From Lytechinus pictus (Eukaryota): a DNA stretch of 64,000 nucleotides. The stretch lies in assembly GCF_037042905.1 (NCBI RefSeq), contig NC_087251.1:11844001-11908000 (forward strand), read 5' to 3'. Of this stretch, positions 63,842 through 64,000 are shown piece after piece (the first letter of the stretch is position 1; every line of letters begins with the position of its first letter). The notes beneath the pieces were generated by a model. That model made no database searches. It was not told the origin of the DNA and saw only the letters and a program-made list of their open reading frames with translations. Position numbers and translations under genes: made by a program.

Positions 63842-64000
63842 GTAAGAAACCAAAACTAAAATATATTATGTTCATTATCTTCTCTCAGTCAATATTATTA
63901 TTGTAATAATGTACCAAAAATTATTGAGAATCTAATGCCTAGAAAGAATTATTTTCTTTTCTTTAAACTGTGATCATGAAACTGGTTGAATTAAGTTTAT

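Overview
AT-rich animal genomic DNA. The repeat families suggest a sea urchin or related deuterostome, which is an inference and not a database result. Two spliced genes lie head-to-head. (1) A complete CDKL1-like (KKIALRE) kinase on the minus strand: 9 coding exons, 16085..4269, 1080 nt = 359 aa + stop. (2) An LRRC9-like gene on the plus strand: 26 coding exons from 37867 to 63841 (1330 codons), all GT-AG and phase-compatible, running off the right edge. Introns and the ~22 kb between the start codons are full of non-autonomous DNA transposons (hAT-, Tc1/mariner/pogo-, Harbinger-, Kolobok- and piggyBac-like ends), Helentron/DINE-1-like elements with ~163-bp internal repeats, a decayed CR1-type LINE, SINEs and foldback palindromes. 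Most interesting: a minisatellite made from the 3' half and splice donor of the LRRC9 exon encoding the end of its ADP-ribosyltransferase-like fold; RFX X-box/forkhead motif clusters fitting a ciliary gene pair; the same two repeat modules mirrored just downstream of both putative promoters; a nested 3-kb foldback; a templated insertion of flank DNA inside a Helentron-like element; and a degenerate Penelope-type hammerhead. No prokaryotic-type system (CRISPR etc.) is present. Coordinates were read by eye, so repeat ends may be off by a few bases.
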